Assembly: GCA_023213395.1 (NCBI GenBank)
Contig: CM041465.1
Coordinates: forward strand, 204,235,741-204,299,740
Source of the DNA: Cycas panzhihuaensis
Taxonomy: Eukaryota > Plantae > Cycadophyta
DNA: 64,000 nt
Reading direction: 5' to 3'
Shown: positions 25,456-39,310 of the stretch, piece after piece
Layout of the letters: every line of letters begins with the position of its first letter
Numbering within the stretch: position 1 is the stretch's first letter
The notes under the pieces: generated by a model
What the model was told of the DNA's origin: nothing
Databases searched by the model: none
What the model saw: the letters and a program-made list of their open reading frames with translations, nothing else
Position numbers and translations under genes: made by a program

Positions 25456-27856
25456 TTCTCCAATACTCTATCACACTTATTTTGTAGCAACATTTATTAG
25501 TTCTTTAATTCTAAGGTCACTAAATTTATTAATTTCATCAAGCTTATGGTACTTTTTTGGCATGCTTAAAGATGTCAAATATGTGAGCATCTTATAATCT
25601 AAATCATAATATCTCTCCCTTGTATTTCTTAACATAAGCATTTGGTATTCAATAGCTAACACATTCATATCAAGCAAATTGTTACACCTCTAAGGTCCAA
25701 TTATAATATCACATTTTTGATATGGTGTTTTCTTTTATTTAGCATGTATTTTATCCTAAATGTAGTATAATTACTTATAAGTATTAATAAAATAGGGCCT
25801 ATTTGTTAGATATTTGGGCAAATATGATGGATAGCCTACATAACTATTCATCTATATAATATAATAGTTCTTGAGAAGATAGAATCTCTGTTTCTTCTTC
25901 CATCCTTATATGTTACCCATTTCTTGACCTCATTTCTAATCCTTTGAAGGTGATTTAAGGCTTTTCAAATAGCTAAGAAAAATCGAGCAACTATTGCATA
26001 AATAATAGTGGCTTATTTTGTTCTTCAAACCTTTGAGAAGTAAAATTACATTAATATACTCGAATCTTTTTATGCTTAGTCTAGTGTGAAAGCTAGCCTA
26101 AGTACTATAGACTCTAAGATAATAAAAATCATATAAAAATCTATGAATAAGTTCTCACATTTATTAAATCTTTTAAATTATTAGGTAATGGCATCATTAA
26201 CTATGTTTTTCAATTCAAACATTCTTATCTCATGTTAGACTAAATAAATCAAATAAGAAGTTACTTGATCCATTTTACTTAAGTCTCTTTTGCCAAAAAG
26301 TTTGGTGATAAGCACCACCTAGGTTTAAATTATTTCATCTAACTTATTTGTCACCACAACCCTTTTTCCATTCTACATAGGTGGCAAAATCATCTAGCTA
26401 GAGATGTTCTCTTAACTCTTAATTTTTATTTTCTTTTTTTTCTTAAAGTAATATCTTTGATGCCCTTTTCATTATACTTCAAATGAGTAATAAAGTTATT
26501 GAAGATTTACTAAAAGTTTTCTGCATTCAAGTCAAGCAATGGCTTTCCTTCTCTTAAATATATAATTATATTTTATGCATGGAAGTGCTTGGTGTAAAGA
26601 TGAATAATATTGTGGAACTTTATTGCTTCATATATAATAGCAATTTGAACCAAGCCAAACCTACATAATTTGGTGTCTTGTAACTTTCAAAATTATAGAA
26701 TTTTTTCTAGGCTAATTCCACGATGAGCTTAGTGTTTGTGATGATTTACATTTTCTCAGGAGCTACTATATTTTCCAATACATTAAAAATTTACTTAAAT
26801 AAATTAAAACTAGAAATACATACGAATTAGTGTCACAAGTTTCTTAAATTTGTTATTCCTTTGCAACAATTTTCTTCAACTTTTCTCACTTATAAAATTC
26901 TTTGCAAATGATACAAAAAAAGCCAACAAAATGGGAGTTGTATTATGCATCTACTTGCATGCTTTTGTAATAAATTAATATCAAATGAGTCATTTATTTT
27001 ATTATTTATACTTCATAAAATTAATATTCACTTATAACTCTAATGCTTTTTGGACAATCTACGAAGTATAAAGTAGTATTTTAATTTAAACATTTTTCCT
27101 TTCTCACTTTTTTATTTACCCTTCAAAGATAAACTTTTAGTGGGGTGGTGATTCCTTCAACAACACATGCATGCGATGAAATAAAGAATTATTGAGTGGA
27201 AAAATAACAAAACCAAAACTACAAAAGAATACCTTTCTTAAAAATTTATATTTTTCCATTCCTAAAAACTAAAGAAACTAAAAATCTAAGTTTATACAAT
27301 ACTAAAAAACTAAAGTTTATACAATACAAAATTTAGGCCTTTAAACATGCAAAAATCCTAACTACAATCCCTTAAAATTAGAAAATTGTCCTAGAGTAAA
27401 AAAGTCCTCAAATAAAAACTTTTTATTTTTAATAAAATCCTAACTATTACTATTTTTAGTAAAATTTTAAAGTTTTATAATTCACTCAAAAATTGACCCA
27501 TGGGTAGCTAAACATGTCACAAGTTCTATAATAACATAATTAATAGAAAATTAATCACCCAACTAAGGAAAGTTGTATCATTAATTTTATACAAAATAGA
27601 AAAAAAAAATTACAATTTCAAGCACCCACATGATGTTTTTTTAGGCTAAAACATGATTTAGGACATATAGAGAAAAGCAACAGGCTCCTTTTAAGAATAA
27701 TCAACTTTTTGAGATAATCATTTTAATATATAATAGTCCATATTTTCATTCACAGGGGGGAAAGTTATGTCATTTTTAAGAAATTAGCTTTTAGGATTTT
27801 TTTAGATGCTCTGACATCATCCTCCATCTCTTACAAAGAACTCAGCTCATACAAGT

Positions 27857-28325
27857 TGTTAGTGAACTCAATTGAGGTTAACTTGTATTAGGTTAATGAC
27901 TTGTATGGATTAACTAGAAAATATAAAGAGATACAAGGATCAAAGATTCAATGGGACATGAAGAAGAGTCATGGGATGTGATAAAAGATCACATGATTAG
28001 ATAAAGAGGTATAACCATTAAATGAGTATGCCCCTTAGGATATTATGTATTTAAACTCTATATTGGTTATCAAATATTAAATAGGAATGACATATGGTGT
28101 ACTAAGGTATATTAGGCCCTAATAAGCCTTACTACTAAGGTTAAATGATCCTAATAAGTCATGAGACTAAGTTGTATTTAATATAATCAAGATATCTTGA
28201 GTTTGACTATGGCTTTTTTCTTGTAAGGATTTCCCACATAAATACTTATGTACTATTCTTTGAAAGCTTATTATATGTGATCAAGATCTTATAGCTAAGA
28301 AAACATGTATATATATTTTTTCACA
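27857..28325 (+). repeat. 5' LTR (~469 bp) of non-autonomous element
   Basis: Direct repeat of 38484-38944, followed by the Met PBS. Confidence 0.9.
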
Positions 28326-30024
28326 TGGTATTAGAGTTTATGAAGGTACGCAACTAAGGCAAAGTAGGTTTAGAGTTGAATCAAATTAAAGGTTGTTTGG
28401 AAATACAAATGAGAGCCCTAAACTGATGATATCAATTCTTTCTAACTACTCAGAGAACAAAATAGTGGGATGCTACATTTATAAAAACAAAGAAAATAAA
28501 TTATTTAAGATGTGATTTTTGTTTATTCATGACCTGCACTCATTGAATGTCATAAGAAGACATTGAAGACTTTAAATGAGTCTAAATTTATTTTTAGAAT
28601 GTTGGATAGAGGATAGGTATTTGTGAATAATCTCAGACATAATTATGTTCATGTTTGAAGTAGTAAAATATTTATTAGAAATGTTAAATTTATATAAGCC
28701 TATTATAGAATGTTAGTCTTAAGTTGAAGTTGTTAGACTATTTGGAATATGGATTGGGTATATTTAGAAAATGTAAAGGTGATTAGACACTGATTATAAT
28801 ATAATTGTTTGAGGATGTTTGGTTTGGTTTCTATATGCTATGGTAGACTATAGATATATTGGCCATCTCTAGAAGCTATTGGGTATCACTAAGCAATTTG
28901 GTGGTTGTTGAGCAATGTTAAATAATGTACACTGATTTCTATTATGTTTAGCTTGTTGGATAAATCCAGGGGTTATCAGAAAAACATCCAAGCTTAATTT
29001 ACATCATAAAGACATTTATTTAAGTGTATATGGTGGTGTAGTTCTCTCCATTTATGGCCACGGGTTTCCAAGTATGGGAAGTGATATATATATATATATA
29101 AAGTATTATCAACTTATATCCCTCTAAAAAATAAATTTTTGATTGAATGTTTGAGTTGTGAACATTCTAAAAAGTCTATAAATCATTCATTTAAATGATT
29201 GGATGATAGAAGATAGGTTTATTGTGTTAGAAATGCTCGTATTAGGGCAATTACCCACCTTAGGGAGATTACCCACATTGGGGTAATAACCCATATTCTG
29301 AGAGATATTGTTTAAGCAGTGTGTTAGGCATTTGTTAACACTAGGTAGAAGTAGACTCTGAGAGGTATATCCAAATCCTCTCTATCTCATCTATTTATTT
29401 AGAGGACCCAAAGAGCCTAGGATTCATTAACACCACTATCCTCATGAATTTTTGGCTATGCCCTTCTACATTTCATTTATATTGATTATTCTCTTTGCCC
29501 TTTAATTCCATCATTTAATATCATAGTAGTGTTAGATGAACTATCTAAGATTCTCAGTCAAAGTTATGGATGAGTTTATGAAGTACTACATCGCATAACA
29601 TATATTATCATATGCATTAGTGGTATATGTATGCTCTCTTATTTATTTGTGCATATACAATTGACATTATGTTTGACCTTTTATTTGTGGCTCACATCCT
29701 TGTATCTAATATATAACATTATATTTACATAATACTTGTTCTACACTTATATTTGATGCATTCATTGAATCGCACCCTCATGCACCTTGTGTTTATTTGA
29801 TGCACATCTATTGTTTTGTTATGATTGCATTCACATCTGTATTTATCCTTCCAAAAGGCTATTTTTCTTTTGTTTGTGTGGCTAATCAACAATTCATTTT
29901 GAGCTACTTACATTCACCAAAAGTATGTGTTCATATTTGTGTAAGTTATATGATACATCTGTATTTGGACTCTATCTAGAGATCTCCTGCTACACCATTA
30001 AGGTTTGACATAGTAGAAAGTGTG

Positions 30025-30203
30025 CTCTCACATAGTAGTGAAAAGAAAAAAACATAATAGGTATTGTAGTTCTTTGCATCTATAGGAAGGTCTTTAAAAT
30101 ACTTTTTAGCACTAGCCATTCCATGCAATTTAGAGATCAAGTTTAGGCAAATAGCATGGTTGCCTATTATCAACTCAAACTCTTTAAAACTTTCCATCCA
30201 CTC
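30025..30203 (-). pseudogene. Fragment of a P-class pentatricopeptide-repeat (PPR) protein gene
   Basis: EWMESFKEFELIIGNHAICLNLISKLHGMASAKKYFKDLPIDAKNYNTY resembles the EWM...DHA..LDLI.K..G...AE.YF..LP...K...TY.ALL..Y segment of mitochondrial P-type PPRs (At1g02370/At1g60770-like, from memory). Confidence 0.78.
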
Positions 30204-31945
30204 TTTATCTAGCCATGATGATAGCCACATCCATAGTTGGTCCACTCTTTGTCTAACCTTGATGATAGTCATAGCTTTAGTCAATCCAAATAAGGGCAAT
30301 CTAGTCTTAATTAAAACTAATCTAATTTCTTGTAGGAAACATATATAGATTACATCTATGAGCATGTTCTCTCTATTACATTGAAATTTTCATAAATAAT
30401 TTATCCTACAAAGGTAAATAAGGATATAAATGCAGCTTCCATGCATGACCCACTTCTATTTCCCAAATTCCAGGCTAAACAATATCATAAAAGTGTAAGA
30501 TTTGGGTTGTTTCAGAATAACCTGACTTTTAGGATGTTAGAAGCAAGGACTCACAGGCATCAATATACTTAATCTTCCAAATTTTATGGTTTATAACAAT
30601 AGTTATATGGTTAGCCTAATCTAGATAATAATATAATTCAATCACCTACTATAAGAATACATATCCTAGGTGCTAATAAAGCCTCCCAAGTGCTAATTGT
30701 GCACCTATGTATTTATCAAAGTATGCCACATATTATTGGTTGCAGCAGCACTAATCAGGCTTGCGTATAAAAAGGAAAAGACTTGGTCATAGTTATGAGT
30801 GACCTTTCAATTGGAATCATTGACCATGGCCGATGTAGAATGTCATGTATCTTCATGCTACTTCACACCTATTTAGACTAAATTCTTATATACTCTTCTT
30901 TTGTGTGAGTGCATATTTAATTTATAACCTTTTCTTTTTTGATATATTGATGTATTGAACTTAAATATTTTGTCATTTAATTTTGCATCCCTTTAATACT
31001 TTATGTAATATTTATGATTCATTCTCTTTCTTTGTGTCTTGATCTAAGTCATCTTTGTTAATAATCAAAGAAGCCTGCTATATTCTTGGGTCGTGACTAG
31101 TCCATCTCATACCCAAATACTTACAAGAGGCAGACATTATCCCATCGGTGAATCAAATAATCCTAAGATTTTGCTTTTATTACATTTTTAGTTTATGTTG
31201 AAGTTTGTAGGGTAAAGTGCTTATCATGATTAACTATCAGCTACTTAAGTCCTATAACAAAGTTCAGGTGACTAAACTTTTAGTTTAAAGAAGGATTACT
31301 AATTTATTTTTTAAGGAGGCTGTTCCAAAATGAGCACTTGTTTCTATTCTAACAAGAATATCTTCACTAATGGGGCCCATTTTTAGATTTACCAACTCTA
31401 AAGTGTTTTACATTTTTGCCCAAATAAAATGAGTGGTTACATGATTATGTTGGGTCTTTATTTAATAGTTTCTTTAATGACTAAAAGTTGATGAAAATTT
31501 TCTTTATGGTTCATATTCTAAAGGGTTGTTTATCCCTTTTTAACATCCTTGTACTTTTTAATATATAACTTAATTATAAAAAGTTGTAATTAAGTGTTGT
31601 TTGAAGCATTAGGTTTATATTTTGATCCTCTATTTAGTGAATGATCTTTCAAGGACTTTTGAAGTCATTTGATGCAATATTTTTATGATCAAATTTAATG
31701 TTAGTTTATGGGCTTCTTGTGAGTTGACCCTTGAATAGATATAGCAAAACTTCAGTTTGTAATCATTATTAATACAAAAATCTTATTTTAAAGGAGGTTA
31801 AATCCCAATTCGGACATTTTTGCATGTCCCAAAGTTAAAGGGAGATAAGTTTTGCTTGTTTAAGTGCATTTCAATATTTCTTTCAATAACTTTACCTTTT
31901 CAAAGCATCTTATGTTAAGACAATTTCTTTATCATTACCTTAAAC

Positions 31946-34900
31946 ATAAGTAATATAACGGTGCATAGATTTGATGGTACTAACTTTTTAAATTTAAGTC
32001 AAAGAATGAAATCCATCTTTATGGCAAAGGATATATGAGACTTGATTGAAATAGGTTATAGATCATTTGATGTTAATGCTACTAAAAACCAAATGAAGAC
32101 CTATAAGGAGAATGAAAAGCATGATAATGAAGCTTTGGTGTTCATCTTTTGTGCACTAGAGGATCACATCTTTTTAAAGGTTAGTAAGGTATCTACATCA
32201 AAGGAGGCATGAGATGCATTAAAGACCACCTATGGAAAAGTTGTTACATTAAAACTCTAAACATTAAGAAGCAAGTTTAAAAACTATAGTATGGATAAAA
32301 ATAAATGAGTGGATGACTTCACAACTAAAATACAAGCCCTAGTCAATCAAATGAGGGCCTTAGAAGAGGTCATTAGTAAGCAAAAGATGATATAGAAGAA
32401 CTTAAAATGTGTTAGTAATATTAAAAGATTTAAAATAGTTACAATAAGTATTAAGGTCTCTAAGGACCTAACCAGCCTAAAAATTGATTAATTAAGGGTA
32501 ATGTTACTTATTGTTGAAGAGGAAAGGGAGGACAATGAATTTTTAGAACATGCATTTTCCACTAAGACAAATATTAGGCCTACCTTCCAAGGCTAAAGTT
32601 TTAAGGGAAGAGGACAATCTCTTAGAGAAAGAGCCCAAAACCTTAAGAATCAAAATTAATTTTAATAAAGACAAGGTTAAGATTATCGGGGGTAAGGACA
32701 ATATCATCAAGGTCAAAGTCATTTTCATCAAGGTCTAAATTAATTTTAAAGTTAAGGATAAAGACAATATTTTTAAGGCTGATTTAATCAAGGCCAAAGA
32801 TAAAATTTTAGACCTCAAGGAAGATGTAGAGGACAAAGTCCAAGGGATAAGAGTTAAGGACAAAGAGGAAGAAGTCCTAGAGGTAAAGGAATAATGCAAT
32901 ATTCTTATTGCCATAGAAGTGGACACTTACAAGAAAATTATTTTACAAAATATCTAACTTATAAATAGGAATAATTAATACAGTAGTTAAAGAAAGGAAA
33001 AATGAAAGACTCTTTCTATTAAGTTTGATGGCAAATGAAGAAGAAGATAGTTAACATATTGACTTAGGATGTTCTACCTACATGACACATAGAAAAGAAT
33101 GGTTCAAAGAGTTAGACAATACTAAAAGTAATAAAATCATATTTAGAGATAATACCACTCAAGCTATAGTTGGCAAAGGGAATGTAGCCATATAAATAGA
33201 CTTTACAAAAATAAGATATATCAGTGATGTACTCCATGTCCCTACACTTAATAAAAAATTACGATAAATAGAATAAATAATGGAGAAAAAGTACAAAGTA
33301 ATTTTTGACAATAGAGAATGCACTATTAAAGATAAGCTAAGGAACAAAGCAATAGTTGCTAAGGGATAAATAACTAGTGATAAATTGTTTAAACTAGTCA
33401 TTCCCTTGACTGATTATTATGCCTTAAAGGCTTCAACTAATATGGATAATAAATCTTAGAATAAAAGACTTAGACACGTAAACTATAATAATTTGGCATT
33501 AATGAAGAGGATGGAAATGGTGATAGGTCTGCCCAATATTTAACATGGCAAGGAAGTGTGTAAAGGGTGTATACTAAGCAAACAATAAAGGGAAAGATTC
33601 CTTAATGAGAGTTATAGGGTAAACGGGCCTCTTTAGTTAGTATATACAAATTTATGTGGACCATTAAATATTCCTTCACTTAGTGTAGCTAAGTACTTCA
33701 TGACTTTCATTAATGATTTTATAAGGATGACTTGGTTATACTTTCTTAAGTTTAAGTAAGATGCACTCCAATACTTTATTGACTTCAAAAATATGGTTGA
33801 AAGACAAAGTGGACATATGATATTAATACTAAGATCAGATAATGGGGGAGAATTTATTTCAAATAAATTTAAGAATTATTGTAGGTATTTTGGGATGAGA
33901 AAATGACTCATAAATCACTATATACTTTAATAAAATGGGGTTATAAAAAGAAAGAATAAGATAGTTATTGAAATGGCTTGAAGTATGTTTAAGGATAAGT
34001 ATATTATTAATGAATATTAAGCATAAGTTGTACATATAAATATTTATTTATTGAACAAATATATAACCAAAGCAATAAGATAAGTTACACTTAAAGAAGC
34101 TTAAACAAGTTATAAACCAAGCATTAAACACTTAAGAGTTTTTAAGTGTATAGATTATGTACATGTTCTACAACAAAAGAGGAAAGAATTAAATGACAAA
34201 AGTACTAAGTGTATATTTATAGGATATAGTAACTCATTTAGATCCTATAAAGTATATGATCCAAAAAGTAAGAGGATTATTATAAGCAGGGATGTCATCT
34301 TCAAAGAAGATGAAATCTATCAAGAGGAAGTTATTGAAATAGATAAAGGCAAACATATTATGATTAAAGTGTACTCTAATTCAAATGGGACAAATATACC
34401 TAAAACAAATAAAGTAGAACCTTCCACTTCAAGTCAAAGAGTTCTAAAATGGGTATAAAGGACTCGTAACCCTCAAAACATCTTAGATACTAGCTTTAAG
34501 AGAAGAATAAAAAGATCTCAAAGAGTAAACTTTGTACTTATGACTCACGTTATAGAGTCAAATAAGCCTCAAAACTTTGAAGAGGTAAATAATCAAGATG
34601 AATAGAAGAATATAATGAAGAAATAGTATAATACGTTAGTCAAAAATGACAGTTAGTATATTTTCCACTTAGAAAGAATGCCATTGGCATAAAATAAGTC
34701 TATAAGACAAAGTATAAATCAAATGAGCCTATTAATAAATACAAGGCAAGGTTAGTTGTAAAGGGCTATGCTCAAATTGAGGGCATAGGTTATAATGAAA
34801 CATTTGTACCAATTGCAAGATTAGAAACAACTAGATTAATCATGGCCTTAATTGCATAACAAGGTTAGACAGTCCATCAAATAGATGCGAAAAGTGCCAT

Positions 34901-36085
34901 CTTAAATGGGCATGTAGATGAGGAGATCTATGTCTAACAACCTAAGAGTTTTTAAGTGAGAGGAAAAGAAGATAAGGTCTATAAACTTAAGAAAGGCTTG
35001 TATGGACTTAAACAAGCACTTAGAGTATGGGTCTCTAGGATTGATAAATATTTCAAGGATAAAGGATTCTTAAGAAGCTAATTAGACCCTAATTTGTATG
35101 TAAAATTGGAAGGAAGTTTAATATTAATTGTGGGCTTAGATTTAGATGACCTAGTACATTAAGAATTATTATTATTTATCTCAAACATTTAAGAAAAATA
35201 TATGCAAAGAATTTGAGATGATAGGCTTGGGACTTATACATTACTTCTTAAGCATTAAAGTATAGTAAGATGAAAAGGGGATATTTGTATCTCAAAAGAA
35301 ATACACATTAGATATGTTATACAAATTTAACATGGATAGTTGCAAGTCACTTGTAACACCAGTATATGTTGGGTTAAAATTATCTAAGTTTGAGGAATCT
35401 GAATCAGTTAAACCTACACTTTATAGGTAGTTGATTAGGAACCTAATGAATTTGACTTCAACTCGATCAGACATTATGTATCAAGTCAGTGTGGTTTCTA
35501 GGTTTATGGATGAGCCTAAGGCAAAATATTGGAAAGCAACCAAAAGGATTCTTAGGTATCTAAGAGGCACTATCGGGTATGGATTACATTACAGGTCATT
35601 AGAGGATTATGAGTTAATTGGCTATATAGACTTAGACTGGGCAAGTTGTATAGATGATAGGAAATCTACTTCAGGTTATGTATTCAGTTTAAGTTTAGTA
35701 GTAGTAGTATGGGGTTCAAAGAAGTAGGTAATAATATCTCTTTCTATTGTAGAAGTAGAGTACAAAGTAGTTATAGTAGAAGCTTATGAAATAATTTGGC
35801 TTAGAAGATTACTTTAAGATTTACAAGAAGAATGGGTTAGTCCCATGCAATTGCTTTTGATAATCAAAGTATAATTCAGATGACTAGGAATTTAATGTTT
35901 TATAATAAAACATAGCACATTGAAATATAACATTACTTCATCAGAGAGTTAATACAATAAAGTGAATTAGAATTTGACTACTGCAACACTAAAGATTAGG
36001 TGGCAGATATTTCCACAAAGGAACTTGGTAAAATAAAGTTTATCAAACTCAGAGATAAACATTGTGTCTCCCCAAATGGGCATTA
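31946..36085 (+). pseudogene. Copia gag-PR-INT-RT-RH polyprotein, heavily disrupted
   Basis: DLGCSTYMT, LCGP, LRSDNGGEF, YKARLVVKGY, and ORF 35431-35727 (KRILRYLRGT, DWASCIDDRKSTSGYVF). Confidence 0.92.
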
Positions 36086-38483
36086 TGGGTACCCACATTG
36101 GAAAGATTACCCATATTAGGGTAATAACCCATATCGTAGGAGATAGTGTGGCAACACTATATCAGCCATTTATCAATGTTAGGTAATGATAAACCTTGAG
36201 AGGTGTGCCTAAATTCTCTTAGTCTTATCTATTTATTGAGAGGGTGTAAAGACACCAGTGTTCATCAATATCACCATCCTCAGAGATTATTTATTATGCC
36301 CTCATGCATTTCATTTCTATTTTCTGTTCTATTTATCTTATGATTCCATCATATTAATGTTTTATAAAGTGTAGTAGCCACACAAGATGGTGGTGGACTC
36401 TCGCAATTGGTATGACTCAAATAATGAGTAAAATATGACTAATTAATATTGTAACATATAATATAAAGTCTCAATATTATAAAAGAATCATTAGCATTAA
36501 ATAAATCATGCTTTTAACATTTTATGAATGGTAATAATTGCATCACTCCCATGAAGACTAGTAACCATATTAAGAGTGGTGCCTTCTCAATTTTGATACA
36601 ACTATCATATAAAGATTTAATTGATGGTGATACAACTAATAAACTTATATAGTATTATTTAAAGTTGATGAACAACCATATAAGCCACTAAATATTGTGT
36701 GTGAACTATGTAAGAAGCACAAGCTACCATCCCAAAGTCGTGAAGTGGTTGAAGTATAAGTAGTATCCAAAGCTATTTAGAAGTAATACACAAGTGGTAA
36801 TGCATAGTGGACTAATGTGAAGTATGGACATAGAGTTGTATAGTATTAATAATGAGCCATCTAAAGTATCTAAACCATCATGGAGCTCAAGTAGAAATGT
36901 AAAGTATTAGAGATAATTAGAGTGTCATATAAGTTTGTGGAGCAACATGAATAATAATATGAAGTATCCTAAAAAGAATAAAGCTTATAGAAGTTCATAG
37001 TCATTAAATGTTGACATGGACCCATTTGAAATGGTTGAAGAATTATATAGTATTGAGTGCATTTATCTTTTAGAGCATCAATTGTAAAGGCTTCTTGAGG
37101 CTTCTTGAAGGCCATATAAGACTTGAAACTTGTAAAGAATTACTTAAAGGCTATGTGAGTCATTGTAATCTTTGTAAGAGGTGTTTAAAGCCCATGTGAG
37201 GTGTTCAGAGGTAACATAAGCTATGTAGACAAGAAAATCTATGTAAAGGTTGTGCCTAAAGCATATGAAACTATGTATGAAGGATGGAGGCCATATACAA
37301 GACATAAAGATCTTGTTTGAAATAATTAAAGATGATTAAGAAGCTAATTGAAGCTATTCTAAGCCACAAGAGAAGATGTAAATAAAATGGAAGAGCTTAG
37401 TGAAGTAGAGCAAAGTGTGTGGGACACATGTGAACATGTGGGCCATATAAGAAGTTTTATGGTGCGAGTAGCTAAAAGAAACTTTAGGGGTATTTTTTGA
37501 ATAATAAAAATACTAGTGATATAATTCAGAGAAGTGTGAATCATACGTGAGATTTTATTTAGTACAAGAACCTCTAGGAAGCTAATCGTAGAGGTTACAC
37601 CTATATGTTTTGAAGTAAGGAGTCATATTTACCCATTCAAAACATGTAAAACCCTTCCCAATGAAGTGGAGGTAGTTCAAAAAGGTTTATCAATCATCTA
37701 AAGTCTTTATAAGATGCATTGATGCATGTATAGGTCAAGTTAAAACTTATGATGCTTTAGAAGTTATATGTGAAACATTTGGTTAGTGAAGCTACGTGTG
37801 GGTTATATGAATGCTAAGGAAGTATTAAGGACATAATGAGATTTATGAAATCTCTAAGAGCTACTCAAGTAAACTTAAGCTAAACTAAAATTTTGATTCA
37901 CTTGCATTGAATTGTTTAAAGTTAGGTACTCTATGCATGTTTATTCAAACATATATTCACTTATTAAGTGAAGAATTATGTTATTATAGAAAATGTTATA
38001 GACTTTTAGGCTATATTAAAGTTATGTTGTGGTATAGAAGACTACATAGGATATGTTAAAATCACAAAGGGCTATGTTAAAGGCTTTTGAAGCACTATAT
38101 TATTATTTAGATCATAGGGGAGGCCATGGTATTACATAATCTATGAATGAAGCCTATATATTAAAAAAAAAAAAAAAAACACTTAAAAAGTTAGAAGTTG
38201 ATGTGGAACCAATATGGAGTGGGTTCAATGCAAAAGGAACCATTAAAAAGAGAAAATTAATCATATTCAAAGGTGTAAAGATCTTTGCAAGTGTGTAAAA
38301 TGTGGAGAAGCCAAATAATGGTGTCTTTAAGGACTTAGAAACCATCTCAGTTTAGATTCAACAAAATTATCTTTAAGGTGGGTTGTGCCAAATGTAGACA
38401 TGATATCAAAGATAATTCCTATATTCACCCATGATACTAAAATTGATAGGAATCTATAATCCCACTCTCAAATTAAGGGGGAA

Positions 38484-38944
38484 TATTAGTGAACTCAATT
38501 GAGGCTAACCTCATGTTAGATTAATGACTCGTGGATTACCTAGGAAATATGAAGAGATACAAGGATCAAGGATCAAGGATTTGATGGTACATGACAAAGA
38601 GTCACGGGATGTGATGAAAGGTCATAAGAGATGGAGAAGAGTTACAATTATTAGCTAGACATACCTATTAGGGTATTATAAATATACACTCCATATTGGT
38701 TGTCGAATATCAGATAGGAACATATGATGTATCAATTCCTAACAAGCCTAACTACTAATGTCAAGAGATCCTAACTAGTCATGAGACTAAGTTGTGTTTA
38801 ATATAGTCAAGTTATCTTGAGTTCAACTATGGGTTTTATCTTCTAAAGGTTTCCCAATTAATACCTGTGTACTATTCTCTGAATACTTATTGTGCGTGAT
38901 CAAGATCTCATAGTTAAGAAAATATGTATGTTTATTTTTTCACA
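38484..38944 (+). repeat. 3' LTR (~461 bp) of non-autonomous element
   Basis: Direct repeat of 27857-28325, preceded by the PPT. Confidence 0.9.
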
Positions 38945-39310
38945 TAAGTTACTATACTAGAATTCCTACTATTTATCTAAACTAAGTTTCTTTAGTTTAC
39001 CTTTTAAAATCCAGGTATTTTCCTATTTTTATAGCCCAAGTTGTGTTTAATATGATCAAGTTATCTTGAGTTCGACCATAGGTTTTTCCTATAAGGATTT
39101 ATTATATAAATATCTATGTATAATTCTATGAATGCTTGTTGTGTATGATCAAGATCATGTATATAAAAATACATACATACATATATATATATAAAGAAAG
39201 AGAGAGAGAGAGAGAGAATCTTTACACAAGTTACTATATTAGAATTCTTATCATTTGTCCAAACTAAGTTTCTTTAATTCACCTTCTAAAATCTAGGTAT
39301 TATCCTTTTG
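38790..39310 (+). repeat. Tandem duplication (~250-270 bp unit) spanning the LTR/flank junction, with a compound microsatellite in the second copy
   Basis: AAGTTGTGTTTAATAT...CCAGGTATT at ~38790-39036 is repeated at ~39038-39310; (ATAC)n(AT)n(AG)n at ~39168-39217. Confidence 0.85.

Larger units (their letters stand above)
29225..36360 (+). mobile_element. Ty1/copia LTR retrotransposon (copy 2, related to copy 1) with a ~2.4 kb leader
   Basis: LTR-like direct repeats at 29225-29520 and ~36090-36360 (the 3' copy lacks its first ~30 bp and PPT); gag-pol ~31946-36085 colinear with copy 1; possible TSD TTTAT (29218-29222 / 36361-36365), uncertain. Confidence 0.85.
27857..38944 (+). mobile_element. 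Non-autonomous LTR element with tRNA-Met PBS, interrupted by copia copy 2
   Basis: LTRs at 27857-28325 and 38484-38944 (TGTTAG/TATTAG...CACA); PBS TGGTATTAGAG at 28326; PPT AAGGGGGAA before 38484; TSD CAAGT/TAAGT; no recognisable gag/pol in its own ~3 kb interior. Confidence 0.87.

Noticed and set aside
31060-31160. LQEADIIPSVNQI resembling aldo-keto reductase IPPAVNQVE
   Set aside because: Too short to support without a search; noted only as a possible further captured fragment.
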